Shown here: piece after piece, positions 11,826 to 23,716 of the stretch
Numbering within the stretch: the stretch's first letter is position 1
Layout of the letters: the number at the start of each line of letters is the position of its first letter
From: Chrysomallon squamiferum
Lineage: Eukaryota; Animalia; Mollusca
Direction of reading: 5' to 3'
Length of the DNA: 64,000 bases
NCBI GenBank assembly: GCA_012295275.1
Contig: CM022674.1
Location: 7,564,001 to 7,628,000, forward strand
The notes under the pieces: generated by a model
What the model was told of the DNA's origin: nothing
Database searches by the model: none
Seen by the model: only the letters and a program-made list of their open reading frames with translations
Translations under genes and position numbers: made by a program

Positions 11826-14800
11826 GTAACCGATTTGATGATTTCCATTTGGTAAGATAAGTGGACAGGGAATACTAGAAATTTGTATAAATTCTGCTTT
11901 TTATTACAAAGCCACCTGTTAAGAATTCACTTTAATATTTAATTCTTGTGTATACTATTACAAAAACTCCTAGTTGTTTTTTCCTGATGAATACTGGATG
12001 TTTATTAATAAATTACAACTAGAAACAGAAACCTGTTTACATAAATAAAATTGAAAAATACATTTTTATAAATTAAAGCTTCATTTTTGTTCATTGCTTT
12101 AAATCCTTTGTTAATGATTAATGAAACATTTTGTTTTATAAAAATCTGTTTTAATCAAAATCTGTCCAGTGACCTTGACAGTAGACAAACATTGTAATTG
12201 TTGCTAAAGTTCAAAGATTTTTTGTTTTTGTTTTTTTTTTTACATTTGTTTACTGCAGCTTTAATAAATATTTTAAGAGCTGTTAATTGCTGTGGATATA
12301 AATACTACATTTATCAATTTCTATAACATTTTGAAATGTCAAGTAATTAATATATTGCATAATTCACATCTTTCTCTTTTAAAATTACAATACATATCAT
12401 TCTAAAATATCATTTTTATTTAATAATTTGTTTTTGGTTTTTTAGTACAGATATATATAAACTATTTTCATTTCAAAGATACGGAATTTACTAAGTTTAA
12501 TGCTTGGTAGTTAACAAAAATTAGAACATTTACCTATTTTGTTTGTAAACATATCACAAATGCAACATGATTTAAAAAGAATTTGTACAGTAGATATAAG
12601 ACTATTTTTGGAATCTGTTGGTAGTAAAAGCAAATTCACTGGTGTAAGTGAAAGTAGTCTGTGAAAGTGTATTGAAGTAAAGATTTCAAAAAGTATTCTT
12701 TACAAATTAAGTAAAAGCAATTTTGGCACTCCTGGTGTCAGTTTAATATAATTGATGTAAGTGAATGAGAAAATTTGTTTACCAGTGTTGGAAGATTTCT
12801 TTAAGAAATTGGATAGAAAAATGCCCAAATATTAAATTGTTTCCACCGTTTAAAAATAATAAATATTCATGCTGAGACCACATTGTGTATGTTTTTTAAA
12901 TCACTGTGCAGGTTGCAAATTGTCCATCTTCCTCACACATCATTATGGGTTGTATTCTATTTGTGTGGGGAAAGACAGTGATTCTGTACAAACTAATGAC
13001 TTTTAGCATCATGTGAGTATCAACAGTGTAACTCTGTTTCCCTAGGTTTCACAATACTCACTACTGTTTCAAGCTTCAACTGTATTTGACAGTAAAAATG
13101 TTTTTTTTCAGTATTCGGCTGGATGATACAGCATCATGATTACACTGAATGATGTATCTGGGTAGGGATGCTCAGATTGAAAGGTTAGTTTGTAAATGTC
13201 TAATTTTAACATAAAAACTTGTTATTTCAGAACCATACAGCCTTTGATTCTTGATCAGAACTATATCAATGTGAAAAATCAGATCATCAAAGCAGAAAGG
13301 AGAGTGCTTAAAGAACTTGGTTTCTGTGTTCATGTCAAACATCCACACAAAGTAAGTATAAATTATCTCTTGGGATGTTTAAACTTGTCGTTTTTATCAG
13401 GTTGACAAAGTAAAACAATTGTATTTTTAATTACAAAAATACAGTTAAAGCTTGTTACTGCTTCTAGATAATTTATAAAAATTGTACATCATCAGAATAA
13501 ATTGCCAATGATTTCGAAAGCTAATTCAACTGATTTAAGAATTTATTTTTTTAAATTTAAAAATAAAAAAGATACTTAAAGAATATCTCAAAAATTGAAG
13601 TTTGATTTAATAATGAAATGGAAATGTTGAATTTGCATGTGGTTATTGTAATTACAGATAATTGTCATGTACTTGCAAGTACTGGAATGCTATGAGAACC
13701 GAAAGCTTGTTCAGTGTGCTTGGTAAGTATAAACTGGTTATTTTACTATCATCAGGGCAACCCTGATTAAAAAAAACCCCACAATATCAAAGAATATTTA
13801 CTCTTTTTTTTTTTTTTTTTTCTCACTTTCAGTCTGTTTGGTATTTGAGATGCATTCTCAAGTTAGATCTGAAAAGTGATTTTAAAAAGAGAATTAATAT
13901 TTATATATATATATTGTAATGTTATGTATTTGTCAGTTTTTGAGAAGTGGTAAAAAAAAAGTGTCAACATATTTTTCTGTGGTTTAAAGCTCAGACTTTT
14001 ATTTTTTGTGTGATAGACCACTTCACTTCAGCAATGAGCATGCCAGGTCAGAGGTGAAATTATATAAATATTATTTTTGAAACTACTATATTATTGGACT
14101 GGGATTCAGTTTTTAAAAATTACATCACAAATTAAAGTTTTGAAAGTTCATAAAAATTAGCACCATTAAAATATTCAATATCGTGTCTTTATTTTTTTAA
14201 ATTTTAAAGAGGGGAGTGGGGCTGGAATAATTATAATAATGAAACATTAGTTTCTCTTCCAAAGATAATTCTGTGAGTACAAATAATCTATCCATACACC
14301 TTCACTTCTTTACTCTTTTTAAACTATATATATATATATATATATTTTTTTTTATTCCCCCCCATCTCTATCAGGTTTCGTATTAAAAAAACAAAATCTG
14401 AATTCTGAGAATGTAATACAAATCTGAGTTGTGAAATACATCAGGGAGATTTCTGGTTAGCAGAAACTCTTCTTAACTTTAATTTTAAATGAAACGCCTT
14501 TGACATTACATTTGATGTAGGAAGGGTGGTAGGTTGTGTTTCTGGTTGACTTGGTGTTAACATTGTTTCCTTTTTGCCTACCCTGCAGCTTAGATGGGTA
14601 GCCATGTTGACTAGCTTCTTCCTGAAGTGACGAATGGTGAACCAGCCTTAAATGCACTCTCACGCCAATCCCACTCGTCTTCATCGTCACCAACGTTTAC
14701 ATGAAGATGTCTGCAACTACATCACCATCATCAAGAATCCTAAGCCCAAGACTCTTGGTGTACAGTGTTTACTGGAAGGGACATCGCACGCGACAGCGTG

Positions 14801-17204
14801 TGGGTTGAAAGTGAACTTAGATAATTGCAACAATAAGAAAAGAAACATAACTCATGTTGTTTTTAAGATAAACACTTGTTAATTTTATTTTATTTATTTT
14901 TATTATTTTTGTTTTTGAGAACTTTAAAAAAAAAAAAACATTCTGACACCGAGCAGACGATGAATTTTGTTTCACCTTTCCTTTATTTTTATTACCGTCA
15001 TATTCCCTTATTTTTGTTTTTATTTTTATTTATTTTTGAAACATTTTTCGTTTCGTGGAGGACTGATTAAACTGTGATAATGTCAAGATTTGATTTTAAG
15101 GTTTAACAGACATTTTGGCGAGTGTGTGGAAGTGCAGAGATGCTTGTCCGGGCTGGAAACTCATTTATTACTTGTAATCTCTTTACTTCAGATACAATTT
15201 GTACATGCCTCAAGGTAAGAGAAGGTATTCTTTCCTAATTTATTAAAACTGAGAACCTAAGGAAAAATATGTTGGCACATAAGTTACCAAAGGGGAGAAA
15301 AAAAACCCAGTGAAGTATATTTAAACTGAAATGTGCCAAAAACAGCTTTATAAATATTTGTGTTGAGATTTGTTTAAAATGCAAATAAATTTTGTTTTAT
15401 AAGATAACTAAAATTGGTACAAATTGGTTTAAAGCATACTTTACTGTTACTTTCTAAAGAAATTGATATTCAGTGTTTTTATTTATTATCCATGTAAATA
15501 CTGACATTCATAGATCTTGTGCAGTGGTTGGCTTTACTAATAGTGGAAGTAATTAAAACACCAGCATCTTGAGCAGGCATTTTCTGCTACAGTTACTTCC
15601 CTTTAACTATTCACTAAATGATTGACAAATTTGAAAATCTTGAGTTGTTGCTTTTATTACATTGATTTTTTATTTTAATTTTTTTTAAATACAGGAATTA
15701 TATGAATGACAGTTTCAAGACGAATGCCTTCATGAAATATCATCCTGAAACAATTGCCTGTGCCTGTATTTACCTGGCAGCTAAACAACTGCAGGTACGC
15801 TAATTAATTTTGTCTTATTGTGAGAATATTAGTGTATGAATATATAGAGGAGAAAGACTTCCAGACTGTAGAAAAGTCTTGTGTGTAATATTAATGTGTT
15901 TTTGTTTTTCAGATTCCTCTGCCTAACGACCCGCCATGGTTTGTGATATTTAATGTTACAGAGGTGGACATTCGAGACATTTGCATCTCTCTGCTTAGAC
16001 TGTATTCCAGACCAAAGGTAAATTATTGTTTACTTAGAAAACTTCAGAAGACTTGTCTTGTTATAAAACATTCTCAATATAGTGTTTTTTATTTTAAATG
16101 CATACATCTAAAGAAAATGATATACATTTGTTAGTGTAAATTTGTTTCTTTAAAGTGGTCTGATAGATACCATAGAAAATGGTTTATAGAATTGATTCAC
16201 TTTATTTGAATGTTTTTTTAATATAATGTATGTCATTGCAATAGATCTGTACAGTTTTTAATTTGCAGGTGAAAATAAGCACATAGCCTGGGGACAGTGT
16301 GATTTGACAAATATTTTGAATGTCATGTTTTCATCTATATTTCAGCCTAACAGTGATGAACTGGAGAAAATAGTTGACAAAGCTAAGAAAGTTCAACTTG
16401 AAGCCAAACTGAAGGCAAGAGGGTTGTCCTCCGAGTATGGCACTCCTAATTCTACCTCAAGAACAAGTTAGTGTTTCCTTTTATTTTAGAACTCTCAGTT
16501 CCTATTTTCACAGCTTTTAGAACTCTTAATTCCAATATTTATGGATTTTAGAAACATTGATATTTAAATAATGACACAAATTGTTTTCATTTTCATTTTT
16601 GAAGTAGTTTTTGAATGTTTGTAGTAAGAGTTTTTGTTGTTACTTTTTGTAGATTCGCCTAAGAATGTTAGTCCAAACCCAGCTGCCTCAGTCAATGCCA
16701 AAAAAGTCAAAACAGAAGACGATGTGAAATCAGACTCGGGGTAAGAATGTTTTTAATATTTTACTGTGGATTGGATTTTGGTACAGACAGCTGAGATTTC
16801 TCCCATGTTAACTGATATTATGAATTTTATTTTCAAGTAACTCCAATGAATGTTGATTAGTTGTCTGGTTTCTTTTTTTTTCAGTACTAAATACACAAAC
16901 CATTCCTCAAAAAAACAGGGTGAAAGTGATGTCAGTTCATCTGGTCATTCTCGGTGAGTTAGTCTAAATTTTTAAATCCCTCCAACACCTCATATTAAAT
17001 AATTTAAGTATTTTTTATTTACTGTGAAACAGTTACTTTTATAGTATCAGGCTGGTTATTGAAGTAAAATGTCATAGATGTAAAAACCTTGCATTTTTAA
17101 AAAACATTGATACAGTATCTGCATTCATATTAACATGATCTAGGAACTTTCTGATTTTATTGTTACATTTTGTTATTCAGCAGTGTTGCATGTTTGTTTC
17201 TTCA

Positions 17205-17235
<31 letters not shown>

Positions 17236-17631
17236 GTACAATATAAGAATAAAAGATTTGTTTTTACAAAATTTTCCAGATCTTCGAGATCAAGCCACAG
17301 CAGAAGTTTAAGTCCTGTACCAAGGAAAAAATACAAAACTTCTCCCAAGAAATACAAGAAAGATCGACACCAGACTCCCGACAGATACATCTACAAAGAT
17401 AAACACGTGCACAAGAGAAAACATCTGACACCCAGTCGCAGCAGGTCAAGGTCATTAGATCGTTACTCATCCAAGTATGTCAAGAAGCATTACAAGGAGA
17501 GGGAAAGAGAGAGGGGGGATGGATACAGTCCTGACCGACACAAATCAAAGAAACATCGTAATGGACATCATCGCAGTCCATCTCGAGAGCGAGATCGACA
17601 TGAAAAGTATGATCGATATGGTAGAAGATGA
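7473..17631 (+). CDS. CCNL1: Cyclin L (cyclin-L1/L2 orthologue; two cyclin boxes plus RS-rich tail), 11 exons, 469 aa
   Basis: join(7473..7676,8144..8218,8425..8534,13231..13351,13658..13722,15695..15794,15913..16017,16346..16466,16653..16740,16885..16953,17280..17631) = 1410 nt. All introns GT-AG with consistent phases. Motifs [85 protein letters not shown] and an RS/RE-rich C-terminus. Confidence 0.96.
8144..8218 (+). CDS. CCNL1: Cyclin L exon 2 ([25 protein letters not shown])
   Basis: TTTCAG| ... GAG|GTAAGT; 75 nt. Confidence 0.96.
8425..8534 (+). CDS. CCNL1: Cyclin L exon 3 ([36 protein letters not shown])
   Basis: CTACAG| ... CAG|GTAAGC; 110 nt. Confidence 0.96.
13231..13351 (+). CDS. 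CCNL1: Cyclin L exon 4 ([40 protein letters not shown])
   Basis: TTTCAG| ... AAA|GTAAGT; 121 nt. Confidence 0.96.
13658..13722 (+). CDS. CCNL1: Cyclin L exon 5 ([22 protein letters not shown])
   Basis: TTACAG| ... TTG|GTAAGT; 65 nt. Confidence 0.95.
15695..15794 (+). CDS. CCNL1: Cyclin L exon 6 ([33 protein letters not shown])
   Basis: ATACAG| ... CAG|GTACGC; 100 nt. Confidence 0.96.
15913..16017 (+). CDS. CCNL1: Cyclin L exon 7 ([35 protein letters not shown])
   Basis: TTTCAG| ... AAG|GTAAAT; 105 nt. Confidence 0.95.
16346..16466 (+). CDS. CCNL1: Cyclin L exon 8 ([40 protein letters not shown])
   Basis: TTTCAG| ... CAA|GTTAGT; 121 nt; phase consistent. Confidence 0.9.
16653..16740 (+). 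CDS. CCNL1: Cyclin L exon 9 ([28 protein letters not shown])
   Basis: TTGTAG| ... GGG|GTAAGA; 88 nt; phase consistent. Confidence 0.88.
16885..16953 (+). CDS. CCNL1: Cyclin L exon 10 ([22 protein letters not shown])
   Basis: T-tract CAG| ... TCG|GTGAGT; 69 nt; phase consistent. Confidence 0.85.
17280..17631 (+). CDS. CCNL1: Cyclin L exon 11 (RS domain to stop)
   Basis: TTCCAG| then [12 protein letters not shown]...SRSRSRS...YDRYGRR*. AATAAA at 17868 and 18038 downstream. Confidence 0.93.
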
Positions 17632-18559
17632 CATGATTGAGTCAGTGTGTGTGTGAGAGAGAGAGAGAGAGAGAACTATGTTGAAATAACCAAAAATAGT
17701 GTGCCAATTTTTTATCTGAATCAAAATATTAAACAGAAAAAAAAAAAAAACGTGAATCACTAATTTCAGTTGATAATATATATATATTTTTAACTGATAC
17801 TATTTGTCCTATTTTTTAGTGCACAGTTACCAGGTGTTGCATATATATTTCACTTGAGTGTCAAATTAATAAAAACACTTGGTGTAAGTTTGTTTTCAAG
17901 TTCATTTTAAAAACAGCGTGTAACTTTGTTTACTAGCTGTTCGCATTTTGTGTATATTATTTATTTTTTTCTGAAACAAATGTACAACAAATATATTTTG
18001 ATACTATATCTGAGCCCATTGTAAGTTACTGAGTAAAAATAAAACGGTGATGTACTTGAGGGAACCGGGAATATAAATGATTCTAATTTGGCACAGGATG
18101 TGAGGAAATTACAATCGGTCAAAACAATTTTGTATACAGTGTATATAAAGTTGGGTTAAAATGTAAATAAATTGTAAAATACAGTTTTTCGTTTTTGTTT
18201 TCTTAATGCATTGCATGCTTTTAATCGTATTTAAAAATAAACAGATGCACTCAATAATTAAAAAAAGAAAAGAAGTTACCGTTATGTAAAAATGTACCAG
18301 TTATTGTTTTCAATATTAATCTTGAAGTGTTGAAATCAGGCATAGTAATAAATCGAGAATAAACTCCATTCTCGACAAAATCCTTCAGTGAACGGCGAAT
18401 TTCCTTTCCGAAGCTTTCGGCCAAAAAAAACGTGATTGATTCCGGAATTCCGTTTTTGTTTTCTTTTTCTCGTATGTAATTCCACCAAAGTTACCGTCCA
18501 CTGATTTTTAATGCTTCCACTTTAGACTCATTCACAGTGTGACCTCCCGTGTTCAAGTG

Positions 18560-19580
18560 ACAGTTGGTCCATAATATAGCGTTATGGTTGGTTATGCAGG
18601 AGAGACCTGTGTCTGACTACCAGTCACTGATTGCTTTACAGAAGAATGGGGTGCAGTTTGTAAATGGGAAGGACAATGACCACTCATGTAGGGACTTTGT
18701 TCACTATGTTGCCCACGCAATGAGAGTTGATATCAAACAGATGACACAATGTGCCAACTTTATGTCAGTTGAACAATATGGCACAGAAGCTTGCAAAACT
18801 AGAGACGAAAAAAACAAATGTATGTCAAGATTGTAGTGAGGGGCCAGCCTGTTGAACTATTACTTAAATGTCAAAAAATGAGCAATTTCGGTGGAGTAAC
18901 TGCAGACAGTATCAAACATGCTATAGATGATGCTTTCCTTGATTATGACATTACTAATGAAAAGTACACAAAATGTCATTTGTGCTTGTGCAGATGGAGC
19001 AAATGTTAATGTTGGTAAACTGAATGGTGCTCTAACTGTGATGAAAACTGAAGGCAGGGAATGGTTGTTAATAATTCTTTGCTCTGCACAGAGAAATGAA
19101 CTGGCTGTCAAAGATGCATTTTCTGAAATTGGTGACACTGCAAAAGTGGATGAGATGATGTTGAATCGGTTTACGTTTATCAAGAATAGTGGCAAGTGTT
19201 GGAGAATATTGGTACTTACTGCAGAGTGGTCAGGGGTTCTAGTCCAGTGTATACCGAAAGCTTCTGGTACACGATTTCAAATTCATAAATACGGGGCCAT
19301 CAAATCTATGAGCATAAACTTTCTGCCTCTGTGTTTGTTAGACTAAAGGGGTACCTCAACACATGGCTGAGTTATGGGTATCTGGCATCTATGCACCTCT
19401 ACAGACTCACTCTGAAACAAACTGCCCATTTGTCACAGATGTTACTGACACAATAAAATCAACTGTAGATGAACTCAGTACACTTGCTGCTGATGATGGT
19501 GATCTGCCATTTCCAGTTATTCTCAGCGTCGATGGTCACGAGGCAACCTCTAAATGGTTACCAGACACGATACAATAACG
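18560..19580 (+). pseudogene. Frameshifted hAT-superfamily (ZNF862-like) transposase remnant
   Basis: Four overlapping or adjacent ORF fragments in different frames carry decayed hAT motifs: ADGANVNVGKLNG (DGA-N-G-G), LCSAQRNELAVKDA (from the CxxHxLELA motif) and GTRF (from TRW). Intronless, with several frameshifts and stops. Confidence 0.8.
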
Positions 19581-19766
19581 GATCACTACAGGCATTTTAC
19601 CAGCAATTCTATAAATCCAAGTGAATAGCAAGATGAAGGAAGGCTAACATTTTGTCCTTGCCCAAAGTTTCAGTTCAGTGTGATTGGTGTGATGGGTGTG
19701 AAATGGTGCTTACACGAAGAAACTAGCAAAGTGATAAAAATACCATGTACAATAGCTGAGTTATTT

Positions 19767-19962
19767 AATGACCCATGAAGACTTCTCGCATGAGTAAGTC
19801 CTTGTTCATCGTTATTAGAGGTGAACTACTGACAACAATTATCAGATTGTAGTACCATGGTACAATGGGTGAATTATGTAATGACCCACGAATATTTCTC
19901 ACTTGATAAGTCCTTGTTTATCATTTTTAGAGCTTGAACTACTGACAACAGTTATCAGATTT
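19767..19962. repeat. Two-copy diverged direct repeat (period about 113 bp) next to the transposase remnant
   Basis: AATGACCCA...TAAGTCCTTGTT.ATC.TT.TTAGAG..TGAACTACTGACAACA.TTATCAGATT occurs at about 19767 and about 19880. Confidence 0.8.
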
Positions 19963-20041
19963 TGGATTTGTAATATTTCACTAGATTTCATCACTAGTTC
20001 TTGAGCAATTTTAAATAAGAATTGCAGAATGTATTGAATAC

Positions 20042-20073
<32 letters not shown>

Positions 20074-20133
20074 TGTATTTATGTATTTATCAGAGTAGAA
20101 CGTGATTTGGCTACTTCTGAAGGAGATACGTTT

Positions 20134-20135
<2 letters not shown>

Positions 20136-20223
<88 letters not shown>
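20136..20223. repeat. (CT)n(CA)n compound microsatellite
   Basis: Direct reading. Confidence 0.97.
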
Positions 20224-21468
20224 TAAATATATACAATAACACATACATTCAGACAGATGTAGAAAGATAACCTCGGGTGCTGGTGACAATGTTTCTGAAG
20301 TTTCAACAGAAACAAACGTGAAGGTATATATGCTGTGGTATTCGAAGCTGTCACGTTTCTCGAACACATGGCCAGTCGAGTAAAACCACAAGCTTTAAGT
20401 GCATGGTGATCTATTTCAGTCTGGGGGTCAAGGATACGTATCTGGCAGATCTCGAGTAATACGATGATGAAATTAGAACTTTTCGCTCTACTAACGTCTG
20501 TTTCATTGTGTGTGTATATTTAGCTAGGTGCACTCAAACTCGAGTCACTAGTTCAAAGCTTGAATAGCTCATTGTAATGAGCGCGTGATATCAAACACTA
20601 TGGTACGTAGTGTACCGTTTAAATTTGGCGATGCCCATAAGCCCAAATAAAACTTGGAGGACCACTGTAATAAAAAACCAAACAAATAAAATAAATAAAT
20701 AAATAAATAAATAAAAACAATTACTTTATTTTCCAAGATACACTGAATTTCGTGTTAAACTATTTCGCTTGGTTCTAAGATTGCATAACGTAAGCTTAAG
20801 TTCGATACTATTTACAGCGATGATATGATATAATTAATATTATGTAAATGATGATATTTATACTATTTTTCTTCTTTCTAGGCATTAGGGCTGCAAACTG
20901 TGCATTTTATGTTTAAACCCAGCAGAGCTGCTTGTCCGTTTAAGTAACCTTTATTTCAGATATTTTCTGTGTTTTATGTACATTTTCAATACGTAAATCA
21001 ATAACTCGTTTCTAACAATCGACCAGCGTGTGCATATTTGTATGCTTGCCTATGTGTTAGTGCACGAGTATATATATCTGTATGTCAAAAATAAACATAA
21101 ATAACAAAACAAAACAACGACGACAACAGCAAAACAAACAAACAGATTTATTACCATAGTGTTTGTAACGAAGTAACCTAAGATAAGATTTATTTTGATT
21201 TCGGTATAAAATGACTGCAGCAGATATGACACATGTACCCGTGACTGGATTATCAAAGGAAAAAGTTGGCAACGTGCCAACTACTAAGAAGATTTAACGA
21301 AATTTGAGATCAGATGTGTATGTTTTTTATTGTGCTCCAGTAACTTTTATATCCCAAGTAGGTATGCTTTACCAGGTAAAGATATTTTTGTTAATAAAGA
21401 CATCAATGAAAGAAATGACATTGAATATGTAGGTCGTGTCTTGATCTGTTTGATACTATTTATTAAGC

Positions 21469-21828
21469 CATGGCCGTAACTAGACTCTTTTTGAAATGAG
21501 GCAAACATTTTAAAACAATTGGGTGAGAGGTCTGGGGGCCGCTCAAGGCACTGACGTAAACGAATTCATTCAGTGGATATCGGAACAGAGATTTATATTT
21601 TATATATATATATGTATTTTTTATATATATATACAATCTTTGTATTGAAAAATAAAATAAAATAAAATAAAATCACCAATTTCGTTATTTGCCTCAGTGT
21701 AAAAAAAAAAAAAAAAACAGAAAGTGCTGTTAATAAAATAAATGTAATATATTCATCAAACTGGCAGCATTGTTTCCCTTGTTTCTCTTCACCTATTTTC
21801 TTTCTTTCTTTCTTTTAGCCACGCCATA
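21469..21828. mobile_element. Possible degenerate MITE
   Basis: Imperfect terminal inverted repeats CATGGCCGTAACTA / TAGCCACGCCATA, internal inverted pair TGAGGCAAA (21497) / TTTGCCTCA (21688) and a GC-rich GGTCTGGGGGCCGC core. No target-site duplication found. Confidence 0.35.
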
Positions 21829-22838
21829 GTAGCGAAAAGCACGTGTTGTTCACGTGTTGTTCACGCATTAAATACTGAACAGTGCATTTGACATGCATTT
21901 TCCCGTCTGCTAATAAAGAACATTGCTTTTGTTATGTGTAATATTATAAAGGGCTTCCTAAATTAGCCCCGGCGCCAAGAAATCGTTGCTTTTCTGGAAA
22001 AATAAACTGTTTAAAATTCTTGTTCATTTACTGCTCGTGTCCAAAACAATTCAACACTACACTACTTCTACATAAGCAGTGTCTAAACTACCAGATTAAG
22101 ACTAAATTCAATACGAAGATTAAATATGAAAAACAAGTTTGTTGATCACTATTTATAAATAATCGAAGTGTGATAATTTTATGATGTATATTTTAAGACT
22201 ACAGATTAATTCAGATCTAAGAATAATCTGGCGGGGAATTCACGAGCACCTTACAACAATGACTTCCAGATGACGTACAAATATTATAATGTAATTACCA
22301 GATATGTGGCAACAGGAGGGTTGTCGTAAAAGCATTGCACCGGGACCCTCCGTGCAGAACCATGAAAAAAAGTACTGACAGCCCACCACAGCATACATGG
22401 ACTGCACGGTCCCGGGGTGCGTGGGGCCTCAGGGAAACTCCCTAGCGTGTACCCGAGTCAGGGCGGAACTGGGTGGGTAAACATGAAAAACGACCGACGA
22501 GATCTGAAAATATCAAACACAAAGTAAGAAAACATGCGTTTTAAAACAAGTGAAAGAACCCAAACGTTTTGCTGTGATAAGAGGCATGTTAGTAAGTAAG
22601 TTCCAGCCCGTTACACTCAGATCAAAGTAACTGTAGTTAAGTTATTAATTTACTGATCATAAATTTCATATTCATTGTCACACAGTGAATAGAAGAAACT
22701 ATAAACTAATGGTGTTTAGCCCTGTTAAATTAGTAATTAAGTAAACAAATAAATAAATATATACTTACCGGAAACCTAAAAATCATTAATCGTACATTGA
22801 AGTACCAAACCCATTCAATGATACACTTAAGTTACAAA

Positions 22839-23094
22839 CAGTAGCGAGCAGAAGAGAGGGGGGGGGGACGGGGCGGTGGCCCCGGGCATCCAATCAGAGA
22901 CAAGAACTTAATAAATTTGGTTGATTTCTATTAAAATTGAATAAAGCGTTTATTTTATGTTTCATCTGTGTTTACATATTCAAAATATCTTCCTTACTCA
23001 TAATATTTCTTAGTACTAGGCCTTATACTCGAGTCTTTGGGGCACACAATCAAGGAGTTGGCCCTGGGCATCACCAGACCCCTGCACGCCTCTG
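22839..23094. mobile_element. hAT-type MITE (256 bp) with 8-bp target-site duplication
   Basis: TIRs CAGTAGCGAGCAG / CTGCACGCCTCTG (reverse complement CAGAGGCGTGCAG). Flanks GTTACAAA (22831-22838) and GTTACAAG (23095-23102) match 7/8. Subterminal TGGCCC.GGGCATC repeated near both ends. Confidence 0.8.
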
Positions 23095-23419
23095 GTTACA
23101 AGTTGAAGTTTTCACATTATTTCAGATCTAAAACATAACAGATATTATCCGCCCCCCCCCCCACCATCACCAGTGCTACGTATGCTAAATAAATTTATTA
23201 GATACCAGAAACATGTTTGCAGATGAGTCACTGCTAGTATAAATTACATTCCTGACGTTTCCAACATTGCCAGAACAAATTCAGATAAAATAAAGACGTA
23301 ATAAATTATATTCGGCTGACAGTCAAAATTTTATACCTGTATTACCTGTGTGTAATTATTACACTAGACAGTGAAATATTAAAATTACATAAAATACCTG
23401 ACTCAGTGACTGTACTGTG

Positions 23420-23700
23420 CGTCACGTGCTTGTGTTTACTAATAGACACACGTGTTACTTCAGGTCCTAATCACGCTGACGAGGCCTAGATGTTCACGTG
23501 AACAGTTAGTGAACGTCAAGGTTGTTGAAAATTAACCAATGAAGTAATAGTACTTTGGCGCTGTTTTCTGCTATTACCTCGACGCTCTAACCAATAAAAG
23601 CATGGAATCCAACTTCGCCAAAATCTGATTGGTTTTCAGTGTTGTTCACAACTACTGCACGTGACATCCAAGTTACGCGAGAAGATTGCGAATGGCGAAA
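23420..23700 (+). promoter_or_regulatory. Proximal promoter of the SLC25A33/36 gene: 4 E-boxes and 3 CCAAT boxes
   Basis: CACGTG at 23423, 23449, 23495 and 23658. CCAAT at 23536 and 23591, ATTGG at 23627. CpG-containing and immediately 5' of the start codon. Confidence 0.7.
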
Positions 23701-23716
23701 ACAAGTCAGTGTATGC

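Noticed and set aside
14521-14545. let-7-like stretch GGTGGTAGGTTGTGT
   Set aside because: It lacks the GAGGTAG seed and a proper pre-miRNA duplex.
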